From NCBI RefSeq assembly GCF_009914755.1, contig NC_060948.1: 64,000 nt of DNA; one strand, written 5' to 3'. The notes under the pieces are model-generated. The model saw nothing but the letters and a program-made list of their open reading frames with translations. It searched no databases and was not told where the DNA came from. The translations under genes were made by a program, and so were the position numbers. Below, piece after piece: positions 10,708-24,978 of this stretch. The stretch is from the human T2T-CHM13v2.0 reference genome, Homo sapiens. Each line of letters begins with the position of its first letter. Positions within the stretch are counted from its first letter, which is position 1.

Positions 10708-13700
10708 GGATTGGAAAGGAATAGAATGGAATGGAATGGAATTGACTCAAATGGAATGGACTAGAATGGAATGGATTCGAATGGAAGGCAAAGGAATGGA
10801 ATCTATTGGAATGGACTGTAATGGAATGGAATGGAAGGGATTGGAATGGACTCGAATGGAATGGACTGCAATAGAAAGGATTCGAATGGAATGAAAAAGA
10901 ATTGAATGGAATAGAACAGAATGGAATCTAATCGAATGAAATGGAATGGAATAGAAAGGAATGGAATGAAATGGAATGGAAAGGATTCGAATGGAATGCA
11001 ATCGAATGGAATGGAATCGAACGGAATGGAATAAAATGGAAGAAAACTGGCAAGAAATGGAATCGAAATGAATGGAGTGTTATGGAACGGACTCAAAAGG
11101 AATTGAATGTAATAGAATGGAGTGGAGTGGACTCGAATATAATGGACTGGAATGGAATGAAATCACATGGAATGGGAACGAATGGAATGGAATGGAAAGG
11201 AATGGAATCGAATGGAAAGGAATCGAATGGAAGGGAATGAAATTGAATCAACAGGAATGGAAGGGAATAGAATAGACGGTAATGGAATGGACTCGAATAG
11301 AATGGACACGAATGCTCAAATTGAATGGACTCGAATGGAATGGAAACGAAAGGAATGTCATCGAATGGAATTGAATCGATTGGAATGAAATCGCATAGAA
11401 TGGAGTGGAATCAAATGGAATTGAATCGAAAGGAAAGGAAGCGAATGGACTGAAATGAAATGGAATGGAATTGAATGGAAAGTAATGCAATGGAATAGAA
11501 TGGAACGAAATTTCACGGAATGGAATCAAACTGAATGGAATCAAATCAATGGAATCAAATCAAATGGAATGGAAAGGAATTGAATGGAGTAGATTGGATT
11601 GGATGGGATTGGAATGAAATGTACTGGAAAGGACTCGAATTTCATGAAACGGAATGGAATGAATTGGAACGGAATGGACTCGAATGGAATGGAATGTCAT
11701 GGAATGGCATCAAATGGAATGGCATCAAATGGAATGGAATCGAATGCAATGGAATGCTATGGAATGGAATGGAATGCATTGGAATGGAATGTCCTCTAAT
11801 GGAATGGATTCGAGTGGAATGGAATCGAATATAATGGAGTCGAATGAAATGGAATTGAAAGGAATGGGATCGAATACAATGGAATATACTGGAATGTAAT
11901 GTAATGAACTCGAATGTAATTGACTGGAATGGAATGTACATGAATGGAATGTAATCGAATGGAAAGTAATCCAATGGAATAGAATCTAATGCAATAAAAT
12001 CGACTCAGATAGAGTAGAATGTAATGGAATGGAGTGCAGTGCAATGGAATGGAATGGAATGGAATGCAATTGAATGGAATGGAATGGAATGGAATGGAAT
12101 GGAATGGAATGGGATGGAATGGTATGGAATGGATAGTAATGGACTGGAGTGAAATGGACTGGAAAGGAATGGACTCAAATTGAAAGGGCTCGAAAGGAAT
12201 GGAGTCAAATGGAATGGTCTGGAATGGAATGAACACGAATGTAATGCAATCCAATAGAATGGAATCGAATGGCATGGAATATAAAGAAATGGATTCGAAG
12301 AGAATGGAAACAAATGGAATGGAATTGAATGGAATGGAATTGAATGGAATGGGAACGAATGGAGTGAAATTGTATGCAGTAGAAGGGAATAGAATGGAAT
12401 GCAAGCGAAAGGAAAGGAATGGATTGGAATGGAATGGAATTCATTGGAATGGAAGGGAATGTAGTGTAATGGACAGGCCTGGAATAAAGTGGAATGCTAC
12501 GGTCTCGAATGGAATAAAAATGTATGGAATGGAATACAAAGAAACGGAATCGAATGTCATAGAATGTAATGGAATGCAACAAAATGGAATCCAAAATCAT
12601 TGACTGGAAAGGCTGGGTGTCGAAAGGAATTGACTCCAATGGAATGGAATCGAATGGAATGGAAGTGAATAGAATCGAACTAAATCGAATGGAATGGAAT
12701 TGATAGGAACGGAATGGAAAGGAATGCAATGATTTGGCATGGAATGGAATCGAATGGCATCGAATGGAATGGAATGGAATGCAATGGAATGGAATGTATT
12801 AGAATGTAATGAACTTTAATGGAATGTACTCGAATGGATTCGACTGGAATGGAATGTTCTGGAAGTGAATGGACTCCAATGGAATGGATTCAAAAGGAAT
12901 GGAATCGTACGGAATGGAATCTAATGGAATGGAATTAAATGGAAATGAATCAAATTGAATAGCACGGAATTGAATTGAATGGAATGGAATGCAATGGAAT
13001 CTAATGAAACGGAAAGGAAAGGAATGGAATGGAATGGAATGGGCTGGAATGGAAAGGAATCGAAACGAATGGAATGGAATCGAACTGAAGAGACTGGAAT
13101 GGAATGCACTGGAATGGAAGGGAGTGTAATGGAAGGTTCTCGAAAAAAATGGAATCGAATGGAATGGAATTGAATGGAACGGAATAGAGTCGAATGGAAT
13201 TGAATGGAATGGAATGGACTAGAGTGAAATGGAATCAAACCACAAGGAATGGAGAGGAATAGAATGGTCTCGAATTGAATGGAATCGTATGGAATGGCAT
13301 CAAACGGAATGGAATGGACAGCCACGGAATGGAATGCACTCGAATGCAATGGAGTCGAAACTAATGGACTGGAATAGAATGGACTCGACTGGTACGGACT
13401 CCAATGGAATGGAATCGAATGGAAGGGAATCGAACGGAATGGACTCGAAGGGAAAAGACTGCAATGGAAAGGTCTCGAATGGAATGGAAATTAATGGAAT
13501 GGAATGGAATCGAATGAAATGGAGTCAAAAGGAATGGAATCGAATGGCAACAAATCGAATGTAATGGAATCGCAAGGAATTGATGTGAACGGAACGGAAT
13601 GGAATGGAATCCAAAGGAATGGAATAGAATGGAATGGAATCGAATGGAAAGGACTCGAATGGAAATCACTCGAATAGAATGCAATTTAATAAAATAGGAT

Positions 13701-14276
13701 CAAATGTAATGGAATGGAATGGAAAGGAATCGAAACGAAAGGAATGGAGACAGATGGAATGGAATAGAACAGAGAGCAATGGTATGGAATGGAATGGAAT
13801 CATCTGGAATGGAATTGAATGGAATGGAATAATATGAAATGGAATGGAATGGAATGGAATGGAATGGAATGCCCTTGAATTAAATGGACTGGAATGGAAT
13901 GGACTCGAACAGAGTGGAATGGAAAGTGTTGAGATAGAATGGAATGGACTCCTTTGGAATGGTGTAGTATGCAATGCAATCGACTGGCAGGGAATCAAAA
14001 GGAATGTAATGGAATTGACTGGACTGGAATGCAATGGACTCGAATAGATTGGAAACGGAATGCAAAGAAATGGAATGGAATAGTATGGAATGGAATGGAA
14101 AGGAATGGAGTGGAATAGACTACAGTGGAATGGAATGGACTGGAAAGCAATGGACTGGAATGGAACTTTCTTGAATGGACTGGAATCAAACGGAATGGAA
14201 TGCAATGCAATCAAATGGCATGGAATAAAATAGAATGAAAGAGAATCAAATGGAATTGAATCGAATGGAATCGAAT
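10708..14276 (+). repeat. Unit 4 (3569 bp)
   Basis: ORF ends at 11096 and 14665; one extra GGAAT near 13840-13870. Confidence 0.9.
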
Positions 14277-17200
14277 GGATTGGAAAGGAATAGAATGGAA
14301 TGGAATGGAATTGACTCAAATGGAATGGACTAGAATGGAATGGATTCGAATGGAAGGCAAAGGAATGGAATCTATTGGAATGGACTGTAATGGAATGGAA
14401 TGGAAGGGATTGGAATGGACTCGAATGGAATGGACTGCAATAGAAAGGATTCGAATGGAATGAAAAAGAATTGAATGGAATAGAACAGAATGGAATCAAA
14501 TCGAATGAAATGGAATGGAATAGAAAGGAATGGAATGAAATGGAATGGAAAGGATTCGAATGGAATGCAATCGAATGGAATGGAATCGAACGGAATGGAA
14601 TAAAATGGAAGAAAACTGGCAAGAAATGGAATCGAAATGAATGGAGTGTTATGGAACGGACTCAAAAGGAATTGAATGTAATAGAATGGAGTGGAGTGGA
14701 CTCGAATATAATGGACTGGAATGGAATGAAATCACATGGAATGGGAACGAATGGAATGGAATGGAAAGGAATGGAATCGAATGGAAAGGAATCGAATGGA
14801 AGGGAATGAAATTGAATCAACAGGAATGGAAGGGAATAGAATAGACGGTAATGGAATGGACTCGAATAGAATGGACACGAATGCTCAAATTGAATGGACT
14901 CGAATGGAATGGAAACGAAAGGAATGTCATCGAATGGAATTGAATCGATTGGAATGAAATCGCATAGAATGGAGTGGAATCAAATGGAATTGAATCGAAA
15001 GGAAAGGAAGCGAATGGACTGAAATGAAATGGAATGGAATTGAATGGAAAGTAATGCAATGGAATAGAATGGAACGAAATTTCACGGAATGGAATCAAAC
15101 TGAATGGAATCAAATCAATGGAATCAAATCAAATGGAATGGAAAGGAATTGAATGGAGTAGATTGGATTGGATGGGATTGGAATGAAATGTACTGGAAAG
15201 GACTCGAATTTCATGAAACGGAATGGAATGAATTGGAACGGAATGGACTCGAATGGAATGGAATGTCATGGAATGGCATCAAATGGAATGGCATCAAATG
15301 GAATGGAATCGAATGCAATGGAATGCTATGGAATGGAATGGAATGCATTGGAATGGAATGTCCTCTAATGGAATGGATTCGAGTGGAATGGAATCGAATA
15401 TAATGGAGTCGAATGAAATGGAATTGAAAGGAATGGGATCGAATACAATGGAATATACTGGAATGTAATGTAATGAACTCGAATGTAATTGACTGGAATG
15501 GAATGTACATGAATGGAATGTAATCGAATGGAAAGTAATCCAATGGAATAGAATCTAATGCAATAAAATCGACTCAGATAGAGTAGAATGTAATGGAATG
15601 GAGTGCAGTGCAATGGAATGGAATGGAATGGAATGCAATTGAATGGAATGGAATGGAATGGAATGGAATGGAATGGAATGGGATGGAATGGTATGGAATG
15701 GATAGTAATGGACTGGAGTGAAATGGACTGGAAAGGAATGGACTCAAATTGAAAGGGCTCGAAAGGAATGGAGTCAAATGGAATGGTCTGGAATGGAATG
15801 AACACGAATGTAATGCAATCCAATAGAATGGAATCGAATGGCATGGAATATAAAGAAATGGAATCGGAGAGAATGGAAACAAATGGAATGGAATTGAATG
15901 GAATGGAATTGAATGGAATGGGAACGAATGGAGTGAAATTGTATGCAGTAGAAGGGAATAGAATGGAATGCAAGCGAAAGGAAAGGAATGGATTGGAATG
16001 GAATGGAATTCATTGGAATGGAAGGGAATGTAGTGTAATGGACAGGCCTGGAATAAAGTGGAATGCTACGGTCTCGAATGGAATAAAAATGTATGGAATG
16101 GAATGCAATGAAATGGAATCGAATGTCATAGAATGAAATGGAATGCAACAAAATGGAATCCAAAATCATTGACTGGAAAGGCTGGGTGTCGAAAGGAATT
16201 GACTCCAATGGAATGGAATCGAATGGAATGGAAGTGAATAGAATCGAACTAAATCGAATGGAATGGAATTGATAGGAACGGAATGGAAAGGAATGCAATG
16301 ATTTGGCATGGAATGGAATCGAATGGCATCGAATGGAATGGAATGGAATGCAATGGAATGGAATGTATTAGAATGTAATGAACTTTAATGGAATGTACTC
16401 GAATGGATTCGACTGGAATGGAATGTTCTGGAAGTGAATGGACTCCAATGGAATGGATTCCAAAGGAATGGAATCGTACGGAATGGAATCTAATGGAATG
16501 GAATTAAATGGAAATGAATCAAATTGAATAGCACGGAATTGAATTGAATGGAATGGAATGCAATGGAATCTAATGAAACGGAAAGGAAAGGAATGGAATG
16601 GAATGGAATGGGCTGGAATGGAAAGGAATCGAAACGAATGGAATGGAATCGAACTGAAGAGACTGGAATGGAATGCACTGGAATGGAAGGGAGTGTAATG
16701 GAAGGTTCTCGAAAAAAATGGAATCGAATGGAATGGAATTGAATGGAACGGAATAGAGTCGAATGGAATTGAATGGAATGGAATGGACTAGAGTGAAATG
16801 GAATCGAACCACAAGGAATGGACAGGAATAGAATGGTCTCGAATTGAATGGAATCGTATGGAATGGCATCAAACGGAATGGAATGGACAGCCACGGAATG
16901 GAATGCACTCGAATGCAATGGAGTCGAAACTAATGGACTGGAATAGAATGGACTCGACTGGTATGGACTCCAATGGAATGGAATCGAATGGAAGGGAATC
17001 GAACGGAATGGACTCGAAGGGAAAAGACTGCAATGGAAAGGTCTCGAATGGAATGGAAATTAATGGAATGGAATGGAATCGAATGAAATGGAGTCAAAAG
17101 GGATGGAATCGAATGGCAAGAAATCGAATGTAATGGAATCGCAAGGAATTGATGTGAACGGAACGGAATGGAATGGAATCCAAAGGAATGGAATAGAATG

Positions 17201-17845
17201 GAATGGAATCGAATGGAAAGGACTCGAATGGAAATCACTCGAATAGAATGCAATTTAATAAAATAGGATCAAATGTAATGGAATGGAATGGAAAGGAATC
17301 GAAACGAAAGGAATGGAGACAGATGGAATGGAATGGAACAGAGAGCAATGGTATAGAATGGAATGGAATCATCTGGAATGGAATTGAATGGAATGGAATA
17401 ATATGAAATGGAATGGAATGGAATGGAATGGAATGGAATGCCCTTGAATTAAATGGACTGGAATGGAATGGACTCGAACAGAGTGGAATGGAAAGTGTTG
17501 AGATAGAATGGAATGGACTCCTTTGGAATGGTGTAGTATGCAATGCAATCGACTGGCAGGGAATCAAAAGGAATGTAATGGAATGGACTGGACTGGAATG
17601 CAATGGACTCGAATAGATTGGAAACGGAATGCAAAGAAATGGAATGGAATAGTATGGAATGGAATGGAAAGGAATGGAGTGGAATAGACTAGAGTGGAAT
17701 GGAATGGACTGGAAAGCAATGGACTGGAATGGAACTTTCTTGAATGGACTGGAATCAAACGGAATGGAATGCAATGCAATCCAATGGCATGGAATAAAAT
17801 AGAATGAAAGAGAATCAAATGGAATTGAATCGAATGGAATCGAAT
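14277..17845 (+). repeat. Unit 5 (3569 bp)
   Basis: ORF ends at 14665 and 18234; one extra GGAAT near 17410-17440. Confidence 0.9.
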
Positions 17846-20800
17846 GGATTGGAAAGGAATAGAATGGAATGGAATGGAATGGACTCAAATGGAATGGACT
17901 AGAATGGAATGGATTCGAATGGAAGGCAAAGGAATGGAATCTATTGGAATGGACTGTAATGGAATGGAATGGAAGGGATTGGAATGGACTCGAATGGAAT
18001 GGACTGCAATAGAAAGGATTCGAATGGAATGAAAAAGAATTGAATGGAATAGAACAGAATGGAATCAAATCGAATGAAATGGAATGGAATAGAAAGGAAT
18101 GGAATGAAATGGAATGGAAAGGATTCGAATGGAATGCAATCGAATGGAATGGAATCGAACGGAATGGAATAAAATGGAAGAAAACTGGCAAGAAATGGAA
18201 TCGAAATGAATGGAGTGTTATGGAACGGACTCAAAAGGAATTGAATGTAATAGAATGGAGTGGAGTGGACTCGAATATAATGGACTGGAATGGAATGAAA
18301 TCACATGGAATGGGAACGAATGGAATGGAATGGAAAGGAATGGAATCGAATGGAAAGGAATCGAATGGAAGGGAATGAAATTGAATCAACAGGAATGGAA
18401 GGGAATAGAATAGACGGTAATGGAATGGACTCGAATAGAATGGACACGAATGCTCAAATTGAATGGACTCGAATGGAATGGAAACGAAAGGAATGTCATC
18501 GAATGGAATTGAATCGATTGGAATGAAATCGCATAGAATGGAGTGGAATCAAATGGAATTGAATCGAAAGGAAAGGAAGCGAATGGACTGAAATGAAATG
18601 GAATGGAATTGAATGGAAAGTAATGCAATGGAATAGAATGGAACGAAATTTCACGGAATGGAATCAAACTGAATGGAATCAAATCAATGGAATCAAATCA
18701 AATGGAATGGAAAGGAATTGAATGGAGTAGATTGGATTGGATGGGATTGGAATGAAATGTACTGGAAAGGACTCGAATTTCATGAAACGGAATGGAATGA
18801 ATTGGAACGGAATGGACTCGAATGGAATGGAATGTCATGGAATGGCATCAAATGGAATGGCATCAAATGGAATAGAATCGAATGCAATGGAATGCTATGG
18901 AATGGAATGGAATGCATTGGAATGGAATGTCCTCTAATGGAATGGATTCGAGTGGAATGGAATCGAATATAATGGAGTCGAATGAAATGGAATTGAAAGG
19001 AATGGGATCGAATACAATGGAATATACTGGAATGTAATGTAATGAACTCGAATGTAATTGACTGGAATGGAATGTACATGAATGGAATGTAATCGAATGG
19101 AAAGTAATCCAATGGAATAGAATCTAATGCAATAAAATCGACTCAGATAGAGTAGAATGTAATGGAATGGAGTGCAGTGCAATGGAATGGAATGGAATGG
19201 AATGCAATTGAACGGAATGGAATGGAATGGAATGGAATGGAATGGGATGGAATGGTATGGAATGGATAGTAATGGACTGGAGTGAAATGGACTGGAAAGG
19301 AATGGACTCAAATTGAAAGGGCTCGAAAGGAATGGAGTCAAATGGAATGGTCTGGAATGGAATGAACACGAATGTAATGCAATCCAATAGAATGGAATCG
19401 AATGGCATGGAATATAAAGAAATGGAATCGGAGAGAATGGAAACAAATGGAATGGAATTGAATGGAATGGAATTGAATGGAATGGGAACGAATGGAGTGA
19501 AATTGTATGCAGTAGAAGGGAATAGAATGGAATGCAAGCGAAAGGAAAGGAATGGATTGGAATGGAATGGAATTCATTGGAATGGAAGGGAATATAGTGT
19601 AATGGACAGGCCTGGAATAAAGTGGAATGCTACGGTCTCGAATGGAATAAAAATGTATGGAATGGAATGCAATGAAACGGAATCGAATGTCATAGGATGT
19701 AATGGAATGCAAAAAAATGGAATCCTAAATCATTGACTGGAAAGGCTGGGTGTCGAAAGGAATTGACTCCAATGGAATGGAATCGAATGGAATGGAAGTG
19801 AATAGAATCGAACTAAATCGAATGGAATGGAATTGATAGGAACGGAATGGAAAGGAATGCAATGATTTGGCATGGAATGGAATCGAATGGCATCGAATGG
19901 AATGGAATGGAATGCAATGGAATGGAATGTATTAGAATGTAATGAACTTTAATGGAATGTACTCGAATGGATTCGACTGGAATGGAATGTTCTGGAAGTG
20001 AATGGACTCCAATGGAATGGATTCAAAAGGAATGGAATCGTACGGAAAGGAATCTAATGGAATGGAATTAAATGGAAATGAATCAAATTGAATAGCACGG
20101 AATTGAATTGAATGGAATGGAATGCAATGGAATCTAATGAAACGGAAAGGAAAGGAATGGAATGGAATGGAATGGGCTGGAATGGAAAGGAATCGAAACG
20201 AATGGAATGGAATCGAACTGAAGAGACTGGAACGGAATGCACTGGAATGGAAGGGAGTGTAATGGAAGGTTCTCGAAAAAAATGGAATCGAATGGAATGG
20301 AATTGAATGGAACGGAATAGAGTCGAATGGAATTGAATGGAATGGAATGGACTAGAGTGAAATGGAATCGAACCACAAGGAATGGACAGGAATAGAATGG
20401 TCTCGAATTGAATGGAATCGTATGGAATGGCATCAAACGGAATGGAATGGACAGCCACGGAATGGAATGCACTCGAATGCAATGGAGTCGAAACTAATGG
20501 ACTGGAATAGAATGGACTCGACTGGTACGGACTCCAATGGAATGGAATCGAATGGAAGGGAATCGAACGGAATGGACTCGAAGGGAAAAGACTGCAATGG
20601 AAAGGTCTCGAATGGAATGCAAATTAATGGAATGGAATGGAATCGAATGAAATGGAGTCAAAAGGAATGGAATCGAATGGCAAGAAATCGAATGTAATGG
20701 AATCGCAAGGAATTGATGTGAACGGAACGGAATGGAATGGAATCCAAAGGAATGGAATAGAATGGAATGGAATCGAATGGAAAGGACTCGAATGGAAATC

Positions 20801-21404
20801 ACTCGAATAGAATGCAATTTAATAAAATAGGATCAAATGTAATGGAATGGAATGGAAAGGAATCGAAACGAAAGGAATGGAGACAGATGGAATGGAATGG
20901 AACGGAGAGCAATGCTATAGAATGGAATGGAATCATCTGGAATGGAATTGAATGGAATGGAATAATATGAAATGGAATGGAATGGAATGGAATGGAATGC
21001 CCTTGAATTAAATGGACTGGAATGGAATGGACTCGAACAGAGTGGAATGGAAAGTGTTGAGATAGAATGGAATGGACTCCTTTGGAATGGTGTAGTATGC
21101 AATGCAATCGACTGGCAGGGAATCAAAAGGAATGTAATCGAATGGATTGGACTGGAATGCAATGGACTCGAATTGATTGGAAACGGAATGCAAAGGAATG
21201 GAATGGAATAGTATGGAATGGAATGGAAAGGAATGGAGTGGAATAGACTAGAGTGGAATGGAATGGACTGGAAAGCAATGGACTGGAATGGAACTTTCTT
21301 GAATGGACTGGAATCAAACGGAATGGAATGCAATGCAATCAAATGGCATGGAATAAAATAGAATGAAAGAGAATCAAATGGAATTGAATCGAATGGAATC
21401 GAAT
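17846..21404 (+). repeat. Unit 6 (3559 bp)
   Basis: ORF ends at 18234 and 21793. Confidence 0.9.
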
Positions 21405-24400
21405 GGATTGGAAAGGAATAGAATGGAATGGAATGGAATTGACTCAAATGGAATGGACTAGAATGGAATGGATTCGAATGGAAGGCAAAGGAATGGAATC
21501 TATTGGAATGGACTGTAATGGAATGGAATGGAAGGGATTGGAATGGACTCGAATGGAATGGACTGCAATAGAAAGGATTCGAATGGAATGAAAAAGAATT
21601 GAATGGAATAGAACAGAATGGAATCAAATCGAATGAAATGGAATGGAATAGAAAGGAATGGAATGAAATGGAATGGAAAGGATTCGAATGGAATGCAATC
21701 GAATGGAATGGAATCGAACGGAATGGAATAAAATGGAAGAAAACTGGCAAGAAATGGAATCGAAATGAATGGAGTGTTATGGAACGGAGTCAAAAGGAAT
21801 TGAATGTAATAGAATGGAGTGGAGTGGCCTCGAATATAATGGACTGGAATGGAATGAAATCACATGGAATGGGAACGAATGGAATGGAATGGAAAGGAAT
21901 GGAATCGAATGGAAAGGAATCGAATGGAAGGGAATGAAATTGAATCAACAGGAATGGAAGGGAATAGAATAGACGGTAATGGAATGGACTCGAATAGAAT
22001 TGACACGAATGCTCAAATTGAATGGACTCGAATGGAATGGAAACGAAAGGAATGTCATCGAATGGAATTGAATCGATTGGAATGAAATCGCATAGAATGG
22101 AGTGGAATCAAATGGAATTGAATCGAAAGGAAAGGAAGCGAATGGACTGAAATGAAATGGAATGGAATTGAATGGAAAGTAATGCAATGGAATAGAATGG
22201 AACGAAATTTCACGGAATGGAATCAAACTGAATGGAATCAAATGAATGGAATCTAATCAAATGGAATGGAAAGGAATTGAATGGAGTAGATTGGATTGGA
22301 TGGGATTGGAATGAAATGTACTGGAAAGGACTCGAATTTCATGAAACGGAATGGAATGAATTGGAACGGAATGGACTCGAATGGAATGGAATGTCATGGA
22401 ATGGCATCAAATGGAATGGCATCAAATGGAATGGAATCGAATGCAATGGAATATTATGGAATGGAATGGAATGCATTGGAATGGAATGTCCTCTAATGGA
22501 ATGGATTCGAGTGGAATGGAATCGAATATAATGGAGTCGAATGAAATGGAATTGAAAGGAATGGGATCGAATAGAATGGAATATACTGGAATGTAATGTA
22601 ATGAACTCGAATGTAATTGACTGGAATAGAATGTACATGAATGGAAGGTAATCGAATGGAAAGTAATCCAATGGAATAGAATCTAATGCAATAAAACCGA
22701 CTCAGATAGAGTAGAATGTAATGGAATGGAGTGCAGTGCAATGGAATGGAATGGAATTGAATGCAATGGAATGGAATGGAATGGAATGGAATGGAATGGA
22801 ATGGGATGGAATGGTATGGAATGGATAGAAATGGACTGGAGTGAAATGGACTGGAAAGGAATGGACTCAAATTGAAAGGGCTCGAAAGGAATGGAGTCAA
22901 ATGGAATGGTCTGGAATGGAATGAACACGAATGTAATGCAATCCAATAGAATGGAATCGAATGGCATGGAATATAAAGAAATGGATACGAAGAGAATGGA
23001 AACAAATGGAATGGAATTGCATGGAATGGAATTGAATGGAATGGGAACGAATGGAGTGAAATTGTATGCAGTAGAAGGGAATAGAATGGAATGCAAGCGA
23101 AAGGAAAGGAATGGATTGGAATGGAATGGAATTCATTGGAATGGAAGGGAATGTAGTGTAATGGACAGGCCTGGAATAAAGTGGAATGCTACGGTCTCGA
23201 ATGGAATAAAAATGTATGGAATGGAATGCAATGAAACGGAATCGAATGTCATAGAATGTAATGGAATGCAACAAAATGGAATCCAAAATCATTGACTGGA
23301 AAGGCTGGGTGTCGAAAGGAATTGACTCCAATGGAATGGAATCGAATGGAATGGAAGTGAATAGAATCGAACTAAATCGAATGGAATGGAATTGATAGGA
23401 ACGGAATGGAAAGGAATGCAATGATTTGGCATGGAATGGAATCGAATGGCATCGAATGGAATGGAATGGAATGCAATGGAATGGAATGTATTAGAATGTA
23501 ATGAACTTTAATGGAATGTACTCGAATGGATTCGACTGGAATGGAATGTTCTGGAAGTGAATGGACTCCAATGGAATGGATTCAAAAGGAATGGAATCGT
23601 ACGGAATGGAATCTAATGGAATGGAATTAAATGGAAATGAATCAAATTGAATAGCACGGAATTGAATTGAATGGAATGGAATGCAATGGAATCTAATGAA
23701 ACGGAAAGGAAAGGAATGGAATGGAATGGAATGGGCTGGAATGGAAAGGAATCGAAACGAATGGAATGGAATCGAACTGAAGAGACTGGAATGGAATGCA
23801 CTGGAATGGAAGGGAGTGTAATGGAAGGTTCTCGAAAAAAATGGAATCGAATGGAATGGAATTGAATGGAACGGAATAGAGTCGAATGGAATTGAATGGA
23901 ATGGAATGGACTAGAGTGAAATGGAATCGAACCACAAGGAATGGAGAGGAATAGAATGGTCTCGAATTGAATGGAATCATATGGAATGGCATCAAACGGA
24001 ATGGAATGGACAGCCACGGAATGGAATGCACTCGAATGCAATGGAGTCGAAACTAATGGACTGGAATAGAATGGACTGGACTGGTACGGACTCCGATGGA
24101 ATGGAATCGAATGGAAGGGAATCGAACGGAATGGACTCGAAGGGAAAAGACTGCAATGGAAAGGTCTCGAATGGAATGGAAATTAATGGAATGGAATGGA
24201 ATCGAATGAAATGGAGTCAAAAGGAATGGAATCGAATGGCAAGAAATAGAATGTAATGGAATCGCAAGGAATTGATGTGAACGGAACGGAATGGAATGGA
24301 ATCCAAAGGAATGGAATAGAATGGAATGGAATCGAATGGAAAGGACTCGAATGGAAATCACTCGAATAGAATGCAATTTAATATAATAGGATCAAATATA

Positions 24401-24978
24401 ATGGAATGGAATGGAAAGGAATCGAAACGAAAGGAATGGAGACAGATGGAATGGAATAGAACAGAGAGCAATGGTATAGAATGGAATGGAATCATCTGGA
24501 ATGGAATTGAATGGAATGGAATAATATGAAATGGAATGGAATGGAATGGAATGGAATGCCCTTGAATTAAATGGACTGGAATGGAATGGACTCGAACAGA
24601 GTGGAATGGAAAGTGTTGAGATAGAATGGAATGGACTCCTTTGGAATGGTGTAGTATGCAATGCAATCGACTGGCAGGGAATCAAAAGGAATGTAATCGA
24701 ATGGATTGGACTGGAATGCAATGGACTCGAATAGATTGCAAACAGAATGCAAAGGAATGGAATGGAATAGTATGGAATGGAATGGAAAGGAATGGAGTGG
24801 AAAGGAATGGAGTGGAATAGACTAGAGTGGAATGGAATGGACTGGAAAGCAATGGACTGGAATGGAACTTTCTTGAATGGACTGGAATCAAACGGAATGG
24901 AATGCAATGCAATCAAATGGCATGGAATAAAATAGAATGAAAGAGAATCAAATGGAATTGAATCGAATGGAATCGAAT
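21405..24978 (+). repeat. Unit 7 (3574 bp)
   Basis: ORF ends at 21793 and 25367; 15-bp tandem duplication at 24784-24813. Confidence 0.9.
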